Positions 10,496 to 21,070 of a DNA stretch of 64,000 nucleotides are shown here, in pieces. Location of the stretch: NCBI GenBank assembly GCA_005239675.1, contig SBBO01000020.1, positions 13,627 through 77,626 of the forward strand. Direction: 5' to 3'. Source of the DNA: Planctomycetales bacterium (lineage in GTDB: Bacteria > Omnitrophota > Gorgyraeia > Zapsychrales > Zapsychraceae). Position 1 is the stretch's first letter. Each line of letters starts with the position of its first letter. A program made the position numbers and the translations under genes. The notes beneath the pieces are model-generated. The model ran no database searches. It had not been told where the DNA came from and worked only from the letters and a program-made list of their open reading frames with translations.

Positions 10496-11788
10496 ATGGC
10501 CATTGTAAGAGAAAAATATTATTGCGGATTGGATGTGGGGAATAAGGAAATCAAGGTGGGAATCGTCAAGGTTAAGGATTCCTCTTGGTGGCCTAAGGCT
10601 CGCTTGTCTCAGGCGGTCCTTGGTCTAGGAGAGAGCGTCTTAGATCGAGAGATCGAGTTGTTAGGCAGTGACGGACATAAGACATTGGGTTTTTCCAATG
10701 GCGCCGTGAGCGATTTGGGTGAACTTGCTGATGGCATTCATGCCAGCGTTCAGACATTGTTGCGTAAGGTAAAGGTCAAACTTAAAGAAGTCTATCTAGG
10801 AGTCGGCTGTGATTTAGTTGAGGTGCGGGAGGCTGATGCCGTTATTCCGTTGGTAGATCGTTCTGCTAATAAGATCATTACGCATCGAGACATGAAGAAG
10901 GTGGTCGATCAAGCACGCGCCCTGAACATTCAGATAGATGAGGAAGTCCTTCATGATCTGCCGCAATATTACACTATCGATGGCGCTAATCGGGCCATGG
11001 ACCCCAGCGGTCTTTATGGTCGCAAACTTGGTGTGCATTCCTTGATCATACTTGCTAATGCCAATCGTGTGCGCAATATTGTCCGGGCGGTCCATCAGGC
11101 AGGCTATGATGTCCCTCATGTCTTTTTTAATAGCTATGCGGCCGGTGAGATCGCCCTTAACGCCAGTGAACGTGCCCAGGGGCGGATTATGATGGATATT
11201 GGGTCTCAGGTGACGGATCTTCTTATTTTTAAAGACGATACACTCAAAGGTTTTAAGAAGATTCCCATGGGTGGTGATCATTTTACGCAGAGTATTGCCC
11301 AGCAGTTAAATCTATCATTTGATCTCGCTGAAGAAATCAAGAAGTCGCATGCCTCGACCTTATCGACCGACAGGACCCACGATGAAGAGATTCTTGTTAA
11401 AAAAGAGAGCGCTTATAGGCCCGTCAGACACAAAGATATTTGTAGTTCTATGGAGCCACAGGTCCAGCGTTTTTTGGAGTATGTTCGAGAGGCCTTGGCT
11501 GGCATGGAGACACTGGATTGCCCAGACATCATCATGATTGGCGGGGGGGCATTATTGACTGGCCTCATTGAGCGCATTGGTCAGGCCGTGAACCGACCTG
11601 CGCGACTTGCTTCGATGAATATTCACTGCGCCACCGGTGCAATGAATACGGCTGTCTTTTCCGCCGTTGTTGGATTGGCCAAAAAGGGGTTTAAGCAGGG
11701 CGTGCGGTATGCCATAAGATCATCCAGCGACAACTGGACTAAGAACATCAGCAACCGACTGCAGGAGCTGTACTACGAATATTTCTAA
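10496..11788 (+). CDS. ftsA: Cell division protein FtsA (divergent)
   Basis: GLDVG, DIGSQVT, GGDHFT..IA, AEEIK, IGGGA actin-fold motifs; follows ftsQ. Confidence 0.9.
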   Translation: MAIVREKYYCGLDVGNKEIKVGIVKVKDSSWWPKARLSQAVLGLGESVLDREIELLGSDGHKTLGFSNGAVSDLGELADGIHASVQTLLRKVKVKLKEVYLGVGCDLVEVREADAVIPLVDRSANKIITHRDMKKVVDQARALNIQIDEEVLHDLPQYYTIDGANRAMDPSGLYGRKLGVHSLIILANANRVRNIVRAVHQAGYDVPHVFFNSYAAGEIALNASERAQGRIMMDIGSQVTDLLIFKDDTLKGFKKIPMGGDHFTQSIAQQLNLSFDLAEEIKKSHASTLSTDRTHDEEILVKKESAYRPVRHKDICSSMEPQVQRFLEYVREALAGMETLDCPDIIMIGGGALLTGLIERIGQAVNRPARLASMNIHCATGAMNTAVFSAVVGLAKKGFKQGVRYAIRSSSDNWTKNISNRLQELYYEYF

Positions 11789-11830
11789 GCGAGCAGTATA
11801 AAAGACCAAGTAATTGCGAAAAGGGGGAGT

Positions 11831-12181
11831 TTATTTATTTTTGTGAGACAGGCGGTTTAAGTGGTAGCTGATATCCTTGAGCAGGCTGTTGATGCGCTGG
11901 GTGGTGCTAAGAACAAACAGTATCCAAAAACAATTTAAAATGGCAAGGAAGGCCAGGATCATGATGTTGAGCGACTGCGCGGTCATAATCCGCTCCAGGA
12001 TGGGTGAATCGTTGGAGACCTGGTAGTTCACATCGACCACCTTAAACATATTCACGAACCAAACGAGGAAAATCACGACCAGGACAATTTGGAAGAACGT
12101 GAAGTAGAAATGGCGCATGAGCCATTTGGCCGTGATGTTGTCCCAATAGCGAATTTTGGAAATAAAATTTTGGTAGAACAT
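11831..12181 (-). CDS. Hypothetical two-TM membrane protein
   Basis: 116-aa ORF with GGAGG SD and two hydrophobic helices. Confidence 0.75.
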   Translation of the reverse strand: MFYQNFISKIRYWDNITAKWLMRHFYFTFFQIVLVVIFLVWFVNMFKVVDVNYQVSNDSPILERIMTAQSLNIMILAFLAILNCFWILFVLSTTQRINSLLKDISYHLNRLSHKNK

Positions 12182-12257
12182 ATACCCTCCATTCTCATTG
12201 TAATGGGAGCCCAGTTAAAAGCAATAGCAATTATGTGTTTTTAGGACAATAATACTA

Positions 12258-13115
12258 TTGATCCGGTGGCGATGCAAAAGTAGGTTAGGGTGTTGTTTAT
12301 TCATCGGCTGGATGATCGCTACTCATCTCCTCTTGGCTTATGCTGCTCCCCATAAGACAAGGCCTTGGCGGATTTATTTCGTAGACGTGCGATATGGCGA
12401 TGCGATCTTTATGGAACTTCCCTTTCTGGCAGGGGGTCTATTGCTTGACGCCGGCAGCGCCAAACATGCCTCTCGTTTGATCGCCTTTCTGAAGGCAAAA
12501 GACATCCATAACATCCATACGGCTATCATCACCCATCCTCATGAAAATCATTTTGGAGGACTTCGAGAAGTCGCCCTCCAGATGCCGATCGGTCGTCTAT
12601 TGCATAATGGCGACTCCAATGCTCAGGAAGGATACGCCTCGCTTTTGAACGATCTCCAGCATAAGAAAATTCCTACCGCTATTTTAAGACGCACACAAAG
12701 CATCAAAGACCTTAGCATTGTTACACTAGACGTTTTAAATCCGCCCGATCTATCTGGAAGTCCAAATGATGACGCGATCGTGTTGTGGATAAAGTATGGG
12801 AAGACATCTGTCCTTTTTTTGTCCGATGTCGGGATGCAGCGGCAAAAGGAGTTGTTAAGGCTATTTCCAGAAATCCGGCAGGCGGACTGCGTTCAGATTC
12901 CTCACCATGGTGGGCCCTTAAGCGATGAGTTCATCGAGGCCTTTCAAGGGAAAATATTTATTGTATCCACCGGCCCCAACCCTTGGGGAACCCCGCATGA
13001 AGAGAGATTGGAGCAGTTGGGTGGTACCATTTATCGTACCGATCGTGATGGGACCGTTATGATAGAAAGTAATGGTCATAGCCTGAAAGTCTCACCATGG
13101 ACCGCCAACAATTGA
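12258..13115 (+). CDS. ComEC/Rec2-type metallo-beta-lactamase-fold hydrolase (start uncertain)
   Basis: DVRYGDA, THPHENHFGG, PHHG, RTDRDG motifs. Confidence 0.85.
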   Translation: MIRWRCKSRLGCCLFIGWMIATHLLLAYAAPHKTRPWRIYFVDVRYGDAIFMELPFLAGGLLLDAGSAKHASRLIAFLKAKDIHNIHTAIITHPHENHFGGLREVALQMPIGRLLHNGDSNAQEGYASLLNDLQHKKIPTAILRRTQSIKDLSIVTLDVLNPPDLSGSPNDDAIVLWIKYGKTSVLFLSDVGMQRQKELLRLFPEIRQADCVQIPHHGGPLSDEFIEAFQGKIFIVSTGPNPWGTPHEERLEQLGGTIYRTDRDGTVMIESNGHSLKVSPWTANN

Positions 13116-13753
13116 GAGTACGATACTGGGCACAGGCAATCGGGTGGGTCGCCCTCATTTATTCCACCCTGTATAGTGTGCGGCCCCTATGTGAGTTTTT
13201 GAAGAAGACAACACCGTTTGTGCAGGTGGTAAATGTCGGGCTCATTGTTCTTCTGGCGGGTATCTTGACGGTTCTCTGGCGCCGGCGCCAGAGAATTTTA
13301 CAAATTCACCACTATGTTTTATTGATTCTTGTGATATCCTGTTATGCGTATGGGCTGGGGAGCCTCACCGTACCTGAGGAAAAAATTCATTTTGTCGAAT
13401 ATGGATTTTTGGCCTATTTAATCTTTCGGGCCCTGCGCGTGGATTTCCCCGCTGGCAGGATAACTTCATCTTTAAATGATGGATCTCCATCTCAAGACGA
13501 GGGCCTCCGGTCGGGATTGCGTCCCGCGGGCTTGCGGTCTTGGACCCTTCGGAGGACACCACACGTTTATGTTACTGCCTTTTTGCTGACAATATTTTTT
13601 GGTTGGATAGACGAATGCATTCAAGCCATTGTGCCAAACCGTTATTATCAGACCTGCGATGTCCTGTTGAATGCCGTAAGCGGCCTCTTGGGACTAGCAT
13701 TGGTTTATATTTTTGAATTGACGCAAATAAATCAGGACAAGATGTATGTTTAA
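13097..13753 (+). CDS. VanZ-like membrane protein with an internal ~35-aa insertion
   Basis: KIHFVEYGFL, DECIQ..VPNR...DVLLN motifs. Confidence 0.8.
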   Translation: MDRQQLRVRYWAQAIGWVALIYSTLYSVRPLCEFLKKTTPFVQVVNVGLIVLLAGILTVLWRRRQRILQIHHYVLLILVISCYAYGLGSLTVPEEKIHFVEYGFLAYLIFRALRVDFPAGRITSSLNDGSPSQDEGLRSGLRPAGLRSWTLRRTPHVYVTAFLLTIFFGWIDECIQAIVPNRYYQTCDVLLNAVSGLLGLALVYIFELTQINQDKMYV

Positions 13754-14906
13754 AACGGATTACCGCAAGGACTTTGCGTCGTTTGAAGGAAGGATATGGC
13801 TCAATGCTGCGAGCGAAGGCCCGCTGCCGCTCGTTGCTGGCAAGGCCCTGGCTAAGGCAGTCGAATGGAAACAGAAACCCTACCTTCTGGATGCTGCAAA
13901 ATTTGTTATGGCATCAAGCGGTCTCAAGGGCAGTATCGGCCGGTTGATGGCAACCAATGAGGGCGACGTGATCCTAGGCAACAGCGCCAGTTACGGACTA
14001 CATATCTTGGCTAACGGCATTTTATGGAGAGAGGGTGATGAAATACTTCTGATGGAAAATGATTTCCCCACCAATATCCTGCCCTGGCTTGCCCTGGAGA
14101 AAAAAGGAGTGGTCGTGCGTCAGATCAAGCCCAAAGGCAAGGTACTCGAGCCTGAGGAAGTCTTGACGCACCTTAGCCCCAAGACAAGGTTGTTGTGCTT
14201 GTCTCACGTGCATACCTTTACCGGTATCATGCTCGATGTGCAGGAATTTGGCCGCATCTGCCGTAAGAACAATATTATCTTTGTCCTGAACCTTTCCCAA
14301 TCACTAGGGACAATGCCTTGTGATATTGCACGCTACAATACCGATGCCGTTGTGTGTGCTGGTTACAAATGGCTTTGTGGACCCTACGGCACGGGATTTT
14401 GTTGGATCAAGCCGTCGCTACGTGATCAGCTTGAATTAAACCAGGCTTATTGGGTTTCTATGCTCTCCCGCAAGGAGCTTCAAGAACAGGGTCCCTTAAG
14501 ACTCAAGGAGACTAAAGACGCTCGCCGATTTGATGTCTTTGGTACAGCGGATTTTTTTGACCATATACCGCTGGGGGCAGCCATTGACTACTGGTTGGAT
14601 GCTGGTCTGGAAGATGTGCGCGCCTACCACGACCAGCTGATTGACCATCTGATTGCAGGGTTAAAGGGTTTGGGTTATATCCTGATTAGTCCTGAGAAAG
14701 GCAATAGGCGTTCGAGTCTGGTTGTCTTCTCGCACATTGACCGTAACAAAAATACGCAGATCTATGAGGGAATTTTATCGCGGGGTATCTATCCCGCTTT
14801 ATGGAAAGGTAATATCCGCATCTCCCCACACGTTTATAATACCAAAGATGAGATCGACCAGGTCATCAAGGTGCTCAAGGAGATATCCTCCTCTCTGGGT
14901 AATTGA
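13746..14906 (+). CDS. Class V PLP-dependent aminotransferase / cysteine desulfurase-like protein
   Basis: LNAASEGP, GYKWLCGPYGTG PLP lysine, IRISPHVYN. Confidence 0.88.
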   Translation: MFKTDYRKDFASFEGRIWLNAASEGPLPLVAGKALAKAVEWKQKPYLLDAAKFVMASSGLKGSIGRLMATNEGDVILGNSASYGLHILANGILWREGDEILLMENDFPTNILPWLALEKKGVVVRQIKPKGKVLEPEEVLTHLSPKTRLLCLSHVHTFTGIMLDVQEFGRICRKNNIIFVLNLSQSLGTMPCDIARYNTDAVVCAGYKWLCGPYGTGFCWIKPSLRDQLELNQAYWVSMLSRKELQEQGPLRLKETKDARRFDVFGTADFFDHIPLGAAIDYWLDAGLEDVRAYHDQLIDHLIAGLKGLGYILISPEKGNRRSSLVVFSHIDRNKNTQIYEGILSRGIYPALWKGNIRISPHVYNTKDEIDQVIKVLKEISSSLGN

Positions 14907-14931
14907 CAACCTATTTCGATTAAGTTAGAAT
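14903..14931 (+). promoter_or_regulatory. Sigma70-type promoter for leuC
   Basis: TTGACA-17 nt-TAGAAT, ending 10 nt before the leuC ATG. Confidence 0.7.
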
Positions 14932-14941
14932 CAAATATACG

Positions 14942-16348
14942 ATGTCCAAGACAATGTACGAAAAAATTTGGGAGGCCCACGAGGTGCGAGCGTCGCATGG
15001 GGACACGGCCATCATGTATGTGGACCGTCATCTCATCCACGAGGTAACGAGTCCGCAGGCCTTTGAAGCCCTCAGGACAACCGCAAGGGGTGTGGCTCAC
15101 CCGGAAAAGACATTTGCCACGGTAGATCATAATGTCTCGACACGTACCAAGGACTGGTCGCTGGTAGAGAAGACATCCCGTATCCAGATGGAAACCCTAG
15201 AAAAGAATTGTCGGCAGTTTGGTGTCAGGTTGTATAATTTTTCTGATGAGAAACAGGGTATTGTCCACGCCATTGGCCCGGAATTAGGGATCACTCAGCC
15301 GGGCATGACCATCGTTTGCGGTGATTCCCATACCTCAACTCATGGGGCCTTTGGGGCCTTGGCCTTTGGCATTGGCACATCCGAGGTTGAACATGTCCTG
15401 GCAACTCAGACGTTGCAGCAAAATAAGGCCAAGACCATGCTCATTGAAATCGACGGGACGTTGCAGCCAGGGGTCACCTCCAAAGATATTATCCTTGCGA
15501 TTATTGGAAAGATTGGTACCAGCGGCGCGACGGGTTATGTGGTGGAATATGCAGGAAGCGCGATCCGCGATCTTTCTCTGGAAGGCCGTATGACCATCTG
15601 CAACATGAGTATCGAGGCAGGGGCCCGCGCGGGGATGATTGCCCCTGATGAAAAGACCTTTGCCTATCTGAAAGGCCGCGAATATGCCCCGAAAGGTGCG
15701 TTGTGGGAACGGGCGCTCTCTTACTGGAAGAGCCTGCCTAGTGACGCAGGGGTCAAGTTTGACGCGGTCGTTTCGCTTGACGCCAATACCTTGAAGCCCC
15801 AAGTTACCTGGGGCACGAGTCCCGGACAAGTGGCGTCTATTGAAGACACAGTTCCTGACCCAGATAGTTTTAGCGATCCCGTGGCGCGTGCGGCCGCCCG
15901 GCATGCCCTGCACTACATGGATTTAGAACCCGGGACGTTGATGACAGCTATCAAAATTGACAAAGTCTTCTTGGGCTCTTGTACCAATGGTCGTATCGAG
16001 GATCTGCGCGATGCGGCGCGGGTGGTCAAGGGAAGAAAGGTCCATAAAGGTATTCAGGTCATTGTTGTCCCTGCCTCGGAGAGAATCCGCCGCCAGGCTG
16101 AACAGGAAGGGCTGGACAAGATTTTTAAAGATGCCGGATTCGAGTGGCGCTATGCGGGTTGCTCAATGTGTTTGGGGATGAATGACGATCAGCTTAAATC
16201 TGGCGAGCGCTGCGCCTCTTCCAGTAACCGCAACTTCGAAGGCCGCCAGGGCCCGGGCGGTCGCACACACCTAATGAGTCCCATCATGGCCGCCGCCGCC
16301 GCAATTGAAGGGAAATTGACGGACGTTAGGAAATATTATCCACTATAG
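14942..16348 (+). CDS. leuC: 3-isopropylmalate dehydratase large subunit
   Basis: [47 protein letters not shown]. Confidence 0.96.
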   Translation: MSKTMYEKIWEAHEVRASHGDTAIMYVDRHLIHEVTSPQAFEALRTTARGVAHPEKTFATVDHNVSTRTKDWSLVEKTSRIQMETLEKNCRQFGVRLYNFSDEKQGIVHAIGPELGITQPGMTIVCGDSHTSTHGAFGALAFGIGTSEVEHVLATQTLQQNKAKTMLIEIDGTLQPGVTSKDIILAIIGKIGTSGATGYVVEYAGSAIRDLSLEGRMTICNMSIEAGARAGMIAPDEKTFAYLKGREYAPKGALWERALSYWKSLPSDAGVKFDAVVSLDANTLKPQVTWGTSPGQVASIEDTVPDPDSFSDPVARAAARHALHYMDLEPGTLMTAIKIDKVFLGSCTNGRIEDLRDAARVVKGRKVHKGIQVIVVPASERIRRQAEQEGLDKIFKDAGFEWRYAGCSMCLGMNDDQLKSGERCASSSNRNFEGRQGPGGRTHLMSPIMAAAAAIEGKLTDVRKYYPL

Positions 16349-16423
16349 TTACGGCGGATCTACGGCAGAATCTACAAGATTTTAGATTGAATTTTTATTG
16401 AAAGTGGGTACAATGAGAACGCT

Positions 16424-19400
16424 ATGAAGCTCGAGCAACGTGAACCATTTATGTCTAAAAAAGGATTATACGACCCGCGCTTTGAGCATGATGCCTGTGG
16501 GGTGGGGTTTGTGGCTCATCTGAAGGGACAAAAATCCCACGCCATCATCCGCAACGGAATTCAGGTCCTGGAGAATCTGACCCACCGCGGGGCCTGTGGT
16601 TGCGACCCGGAAACAGGCGATGGTGCTGGGATCACCATCCAGATGCCAGATGCGTTTTTGCGTAAAAAGTGCAAGGAACTGCATATTGACTTACCACCAG
16701 CAGGTGATTATGGTGCTGGAATGGTGTTTTTGCCGACCAGCCTCCAAGATTGTAATACCATCGAGGAATGGACCGAACACATCATCCATGAGGAGGGCCA
16801 GAAATTTTTAGGATGGCGCGCCGTGCCTCATGATCCAACTAAGATAGGTAAGATCGCCCGGTCGGTCATGCCTAGTTTTAAACAGCTATTCATCGGGCGC
16901 GGGAAACATATACCATCCGGTGACGCCTTTGAGCGCAAGCTTTACGTGATCCGCCAGCGCCTCTACAATACCGTCCAGGCCTCTGTCCTTAATCAACGGA
17001 GTTTTTATTATTTTTGCAGCCTTTCTAGCAAGACGCTTGTGTACAAAGGTCAATTGATGGCCGAACAGCTGGATCGTTTTTATTCAGATTTAGGTGATGT
17101 CGATATGACGTCGGCCTTGGCCATGGTGCATTCGCGGTACAGCACCAACACATTCCCGACATGGGCACTCGCCCATCCATACCGCATGCTTGCGCATAAT
17201 GGCGAGATCAACACGCTGCGCGGCAACATCAATTGGATGCATGCGCGAGAAAGGCAGTTCGCCAGCGAGGCCTTTGGCTGCGACCTTAAAAAGATTTTGC
17301 CCATCGTTATCCCGCATGGCAGCGATTCGGCAACCTTTGACAATGTCTTTGAGATGCTCGTCCTTGCGGGTCGGTCGCCGGCGCATACCATTATGATGAT
17401 GATCCCCGAGGCCTGGAACGGCCACGAAAGCATGTCCCAGGAGAAAAAGGATTTTTATAAATATCATTCCTGCCTGATGGAGCCCTGGGACGGCCCGGCC
17501 TCGATGACATTTACCGATGGGCGTTATATCGGCGCGGTCCTGGATCGCAATGGCCTGCGGCCCTCGCGCTATTGGTTGACCAAGGATGATTTGGTGATTA
17601 TGGCCTCTGAGACAGGGGTGCTTCCTGTGGCAGCAGACAAGATCCTGAAAAAATGGCGCCTGCAGCCGGGCAAGATATTTTTGATTGATACCCACGATGG
17701 TCGGATTATCGATGATGAAGAAATTAAGCATGACTACGCCACCCGTCAGCCTTACGGCCGGTGGCTTAAAGAAAATCTTGTCTTGCTTGAGGATCTGCCA
17801 GAACCCAAGAAAGTGCATGGATTGAATGTAAAGACCTTGCTCGAGCGTCAGAAGGTTTTCGGATACACCTTGGAAGATTTAAAGATTATCTTACAGCCGA
17901 TGGCAGTGACAGGGCTGGAGGCAACCGGCTCGATGGGGACGGACACGCCGCTGGCCGTCCTTTCAGCGCGGCCGCAGTCCTTGTTTAATTATTTTAAGCA
18001 ACTCTTTGCCCAGGTCACTAATCCACCGATCGATTCTATTCGCGAAGAGGTAATCATGGATGAGTCTGTAATACTGGGCAGCGAAGCAAATCTCTTGGAC
18101 GAAACACCAGCGCATTGCCATCGCCTGTACCTTGACCGGCCTATTTTAACCAATAAAGAGCTGGAGAAAATCCGTCACGTGAATATCGGCAGTCTTAAGG
18201 CCGCGACATTGTCGATTGTCTTTGATGCAGCCCTTGGACCTCAAGGCCTGGAGCCAGCCATGGAGGCATTGTTTCATCAAGCCGATGAGGCGATCGCCAA
18301 AGGGTATACAATCTTGATTTTATCTGACCGCGATGTGGATCAAGAGAACGTCCCTATCCCATCTCTTTTGGCCTGTTCGGGGCTACACCATCATTTGATC
18401 CGGCGCGGTACCCGCACGAAGGTAGGCCTTGTCTTGGAGACGGGGGAGGCCCGCGAGATGCATCATTTTGCTGTGCTTATCGGCTATGGGGCCAATGCCA
18501 TCAATCCCTATCTCGCCTTTGAGACCATTGAATATGAAATCCGCGATAGGGTTTACCCGGAAGACCTCGACAGCGAACATGCGCATAAGAATTTCATGAA
18601 GGCGACCCGCAAAGGGCTTTTTAAGATTATCTCCAAGATGGGGATTTCCACTATCCAATCGTATTGCGGGGCACAGATCTTTGAGGCCGTGGGGCTTGGC
18701 GAAGAATTAGTTGAAAAGTATTTTACGGCAACCCCATCGCGCATCGGCGGTATCGCCATCGAGACCATAGCTAAGGAGGCGATCCATCGACATAATACCG
18801 CGTATCCAGAGGGAGGCATCTATAGCCCCATGCTTGAAGAGGGCGGTGATTACTATTGGCGTAAAGATGGCGAGCACCATCAGCTTAACCCTGAGACGAT
18901 TGCCATGCTCCAACATGCGGTGCGTAGCAATAAATACGATCTCTATCAACGGTTTGCCAAACTGATCAACAACCACGAAACGAATCTGGCCACGATCCGT
19001 GGACTTTTGGCCTTTAAGAAAGGAGATCCGATTCCCTTAGACCAGGTGGAACCGGCCTCCATGATTGTCAAACGTTTTGCGACCGGTGCCATGAGTTATG
19101 GCTCGATCTCTAAAGAGGCGCATGAGACACTAGCTATTGCCATGAATCGCATGGGGGGATTTTCCAATACGGGCGAAGGAGGAGAGGATGCAGAACGGTA
19201 TCAAAAGGATCCCAACGGCGACTGGCGACGCAGCCGTATCAAGCAGGTCGCGCAGGGCCGTTTTGGGGTGACGATTGAATATCTGGTTAATTCTGACCAG
19301 ATGCAGATCAAGATGGCGCAAGGGGCCAAGCCCGGCGAAGGGGGACAGCTCCCTGGACACAAGGTCAGCCGAGAAATTGCCACCACCCGCCATACGACCC

Positions 19401-21004
19401 CAGGCGTGGGGCTGATCTCACCACCACCACACCACGACATTTATTCCATTGAGGATCTGGCGCAGCTTATCCATGACCTGAAGAACGCCAACCCACAGGG
19501 AGATGTTAGCGTGAAACTTGTTTCTGAGATCGGTGTGGGGACGATTGCCGCTGGCGTGTCCAAGGGAAAGTCCGACCATGTCTTAATTAGCGGCTTCGAA
19601 GGCGGGACCGGCGCCTCTCCCCAGACATCTATTAAACACGCTGGGCTTCCTATGGAGCTGGGTATTGCCGAGACCCAGCAGGTCTTGGTCATGAATGATC
19701 TGCGTGGGCGTATCCGCGTGCAGACCGATGGACAGCTTAAGACCGGCCGGGATGTGGTCATTGCTGCGATGCTCGGTGCCGATGAATTTGGGTTCTCGAC
19801 GATTGCGTTAATTTCCGTGGGATGCATCTTGCTGCGCAAATGCCATTTAAACACCTGTTCGGTCGGGATAGCGACTCAGGACAAGGAACTGCGCAAACAA
19901 TTTACTGGTACGCCTGAACATGTAGTTAATTTCTTTGCTTTTGTTGCCCAAGAGATACGAGAGATCATGGCTGAATTGGGATTCCGTAAGTTTGAAGACA
20001 TGATCGGCCGTGTCGATATGTTGGAAACCAAAGAACTGATCGACCGTTGGAAAGTCCAGGGGATTGATCTCACCAATATCTTGCATAAGCCGGATGTGCC
20101 CGCCCACATTGCGATCCGTCACGTTGATCGCCAGGACCATGGTCTAGAGAGGGCCTTGGATAATCGTCTTATTGCTGACTGCCGTACGGCCATTGACCAC
20201 AAAACTCCCCTTCGGTTAAGTTATTCGATTCAAAATACTAACCGTACCGTGGGAACAATGTTGAGCTCTACGATCGCCCGTAAATATGGTCTGACTGGAC
20301 TACCAGAGGACACGATTCAGATTCAATTTGCGGGTTCTGCAGGGCAGAGTTTTGCTGCATTTTTGGCTCGTGGGATTACTTTTAGGTTGGAAGGCGACAC
20401 CAACGACTACGCCGGCAAGGGTCTCTCTGGCGGTAAGCTGATAGTGTATCCTCCTTTGAAATCGGTCTTTGTCCCTGAAGAAAATATCTTGATCGGGAAT
20501 GTTGTTCTATATGGCGCCGTGTGCGGTCAGGCGTATTTTCGCGGCATTGCCGGGGAACGCTTCTGTGTGCGTAATAGCGGCGCCCATGCGGTCGTCGAGG
20601 GTGTGGGGGATCATGGTTGTGAGTACATGACTGGTGGCCGCGCCGTTATCCTGGGGCGCACGGGCCGCAATTTCGCCGCTGGGATGAGTGGGGGGATCGC
20701 TTATGTGTGGGACGCGGATGGTCAGTTCGCAAAGCGCTGTAACACGGGGATGGTGGAGCTCTTCTGTGTCGAGCGCACGGAAGATATTGCGGAGCTCAAG
20801 ACACTCATCACGCATCATGCCCAATACACGGACAGTTCCGTTGCCAGACACATCCTGGACAATTGGGCGAAGGCCGTGCCGCAGTTCGTCAAGGTCTATC
20901 CGATCGATTATCGGCGCGTCATTGAGCAGGCCGCCGAGGCTGCTGCCCTCCCTAACGAGACAGAGTTAGTTTCCAGCACAGTTGCTTCCAAGGATGGAAA
21001 TTGA
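16424..21004 (+). CDS. gltB: Glutamate synthase large subunit (alternative start ATG 16451)
   Basis: EHDACGVG, HSRYSTNT, AQGAKPGEGGQL, CILLRKCHLNTC, C-terminal GXGXG domain. Confidence 0.98.
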   Translation: MKLEQREPFMSKKGLYDPRFEHDACGVGFVAHLKGQKSHAIIRNGIQVLENLTHRGACGCDPETGDGAGITIQMPDAFLRKKCKELHIDLPPAGDYGAGMVFLPTSLQDCNTIEEWTEHIIHEEGQKFLGWRAVPHDPTKIGKIARSVMPSFKQLFIGRGKHIPSGDAFERKLYVIRQRLYNTVQASVLNQRSFYYFCSLSSKTLVYKGQLMAEQLDRFYSDLGDVDMTSALAMVHSRYSTNTFPTWALAHPYRMLAHNGEINTLRGNINWMHARERQFASEAFGCDLKKILPIVIPHGSDSATFDNVFEMLVLAGRSPAHTIMMMIPEAWNGHESMSQEKKDFYKYHSCLMEPWDGPASMTFTDGRYIGAVLDRNGLRPSRYWLTKDDLVIMASETGVLPVAADKILKKWRLQPGKIFLIDTHDGRIIDDEEIKHDYATRQPYGRWLKENLVLLEDLPEPKKVHGLNVKTLLERQKVFGYTLEDLKIILQPMAVTGLEATGSMGTDTPLAVLSARPQSLFNYFKQLFAQVTNPPIDSIREEVIMDESVILGSEANLLDETPAHCHRLYLDRPILTNKELEKIRHVNIGSLKAATLSIVFDAALGPQGLEPAMEALFHQADEAIAKGYTILILSDRDVDQENVPIPSLLACSGLHHHLIRRGTRTKVGLVLETGEAREMHHFAVLIGYGANAINPYLAFETIEYEIRDRVYPEDLDSEHAHKNFMKATRKGLFKIISKMGISTIQSYCGAQIFEAVGLGEELVEKYFTATPSRIGGIAIETIAKEAIHRHNTAYPEGGIYSPMLEEGGDYYWRKDGEHHQLNPETIAMLQHAVRSNKYDLYQRFAKLINNHETNLATIRGLLAFKKGDPIPLDQVEPASMIVKRFATGAMSYGSISKEAHETLAIAMNRMGGFSNTGEGGEDAERYQKDPNGDWRRSRIKQVAQGRFGVTIEYLVNSDQMQIKMAQGAKPGEGGQLPGHKVSREIATTRHTTPGVGLISPPPHHDIYSIEDLAQLIHDLKNANPQGDVSVKLVSEIGVGTIAAGVSKGKSDHVLISGFEGGTGASPQTSIKHAGLPMELGIAETQQVLVMNDLRGRIRVQTDGQLKTGRDVVIAAMLGADEFGFSTIALISVGCILLRKCHLNTCSVGIATQDKELRKQFTGTPEHVVNFFAFVAQEIREIMAELGFRKFEDMIGRVDMLETKELIDRWKVQGIDLTNILHKPDVPAHIAIRHVDRQDHGLERALDNRLIADCRTAIDHKTPLRLSYSIQNTNRTVGTMLSSTIARKYGLTGLPEDTIQIQFAGSAGQSFAAFLARGITFRLEGDTNDYAGKGLSGGKLIVYPPLKSVFVPEENILIGNVVLYGAVCGQAYFRGIAGERFCVRNSGAHAVVEGVGDHGCEYMTGGRAVILGRTGRNFAAGMSGGIAYVWDADGQFAKRCNTGMVELFCVERTEDIAELKTLITHHAQYTDSSVARHILDNWAKAVPQFVKVYPIDYRRVIEQAAEAAALPNETELVSSTVASKDGN

Positions 21005-21070
21005 GTTCCAGTGATCAGTGGAGGCAATATGTTGTGCCCATCGTGACTAACGATGGACGAGGAAAAGTTA

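Noticed and set aside
16349-16378. Short direct repeat TACGGCGGATC/TACGGCAGAATC before gltB
   Set aside because: Two degenerate copies only; not enough to call an operator or array.
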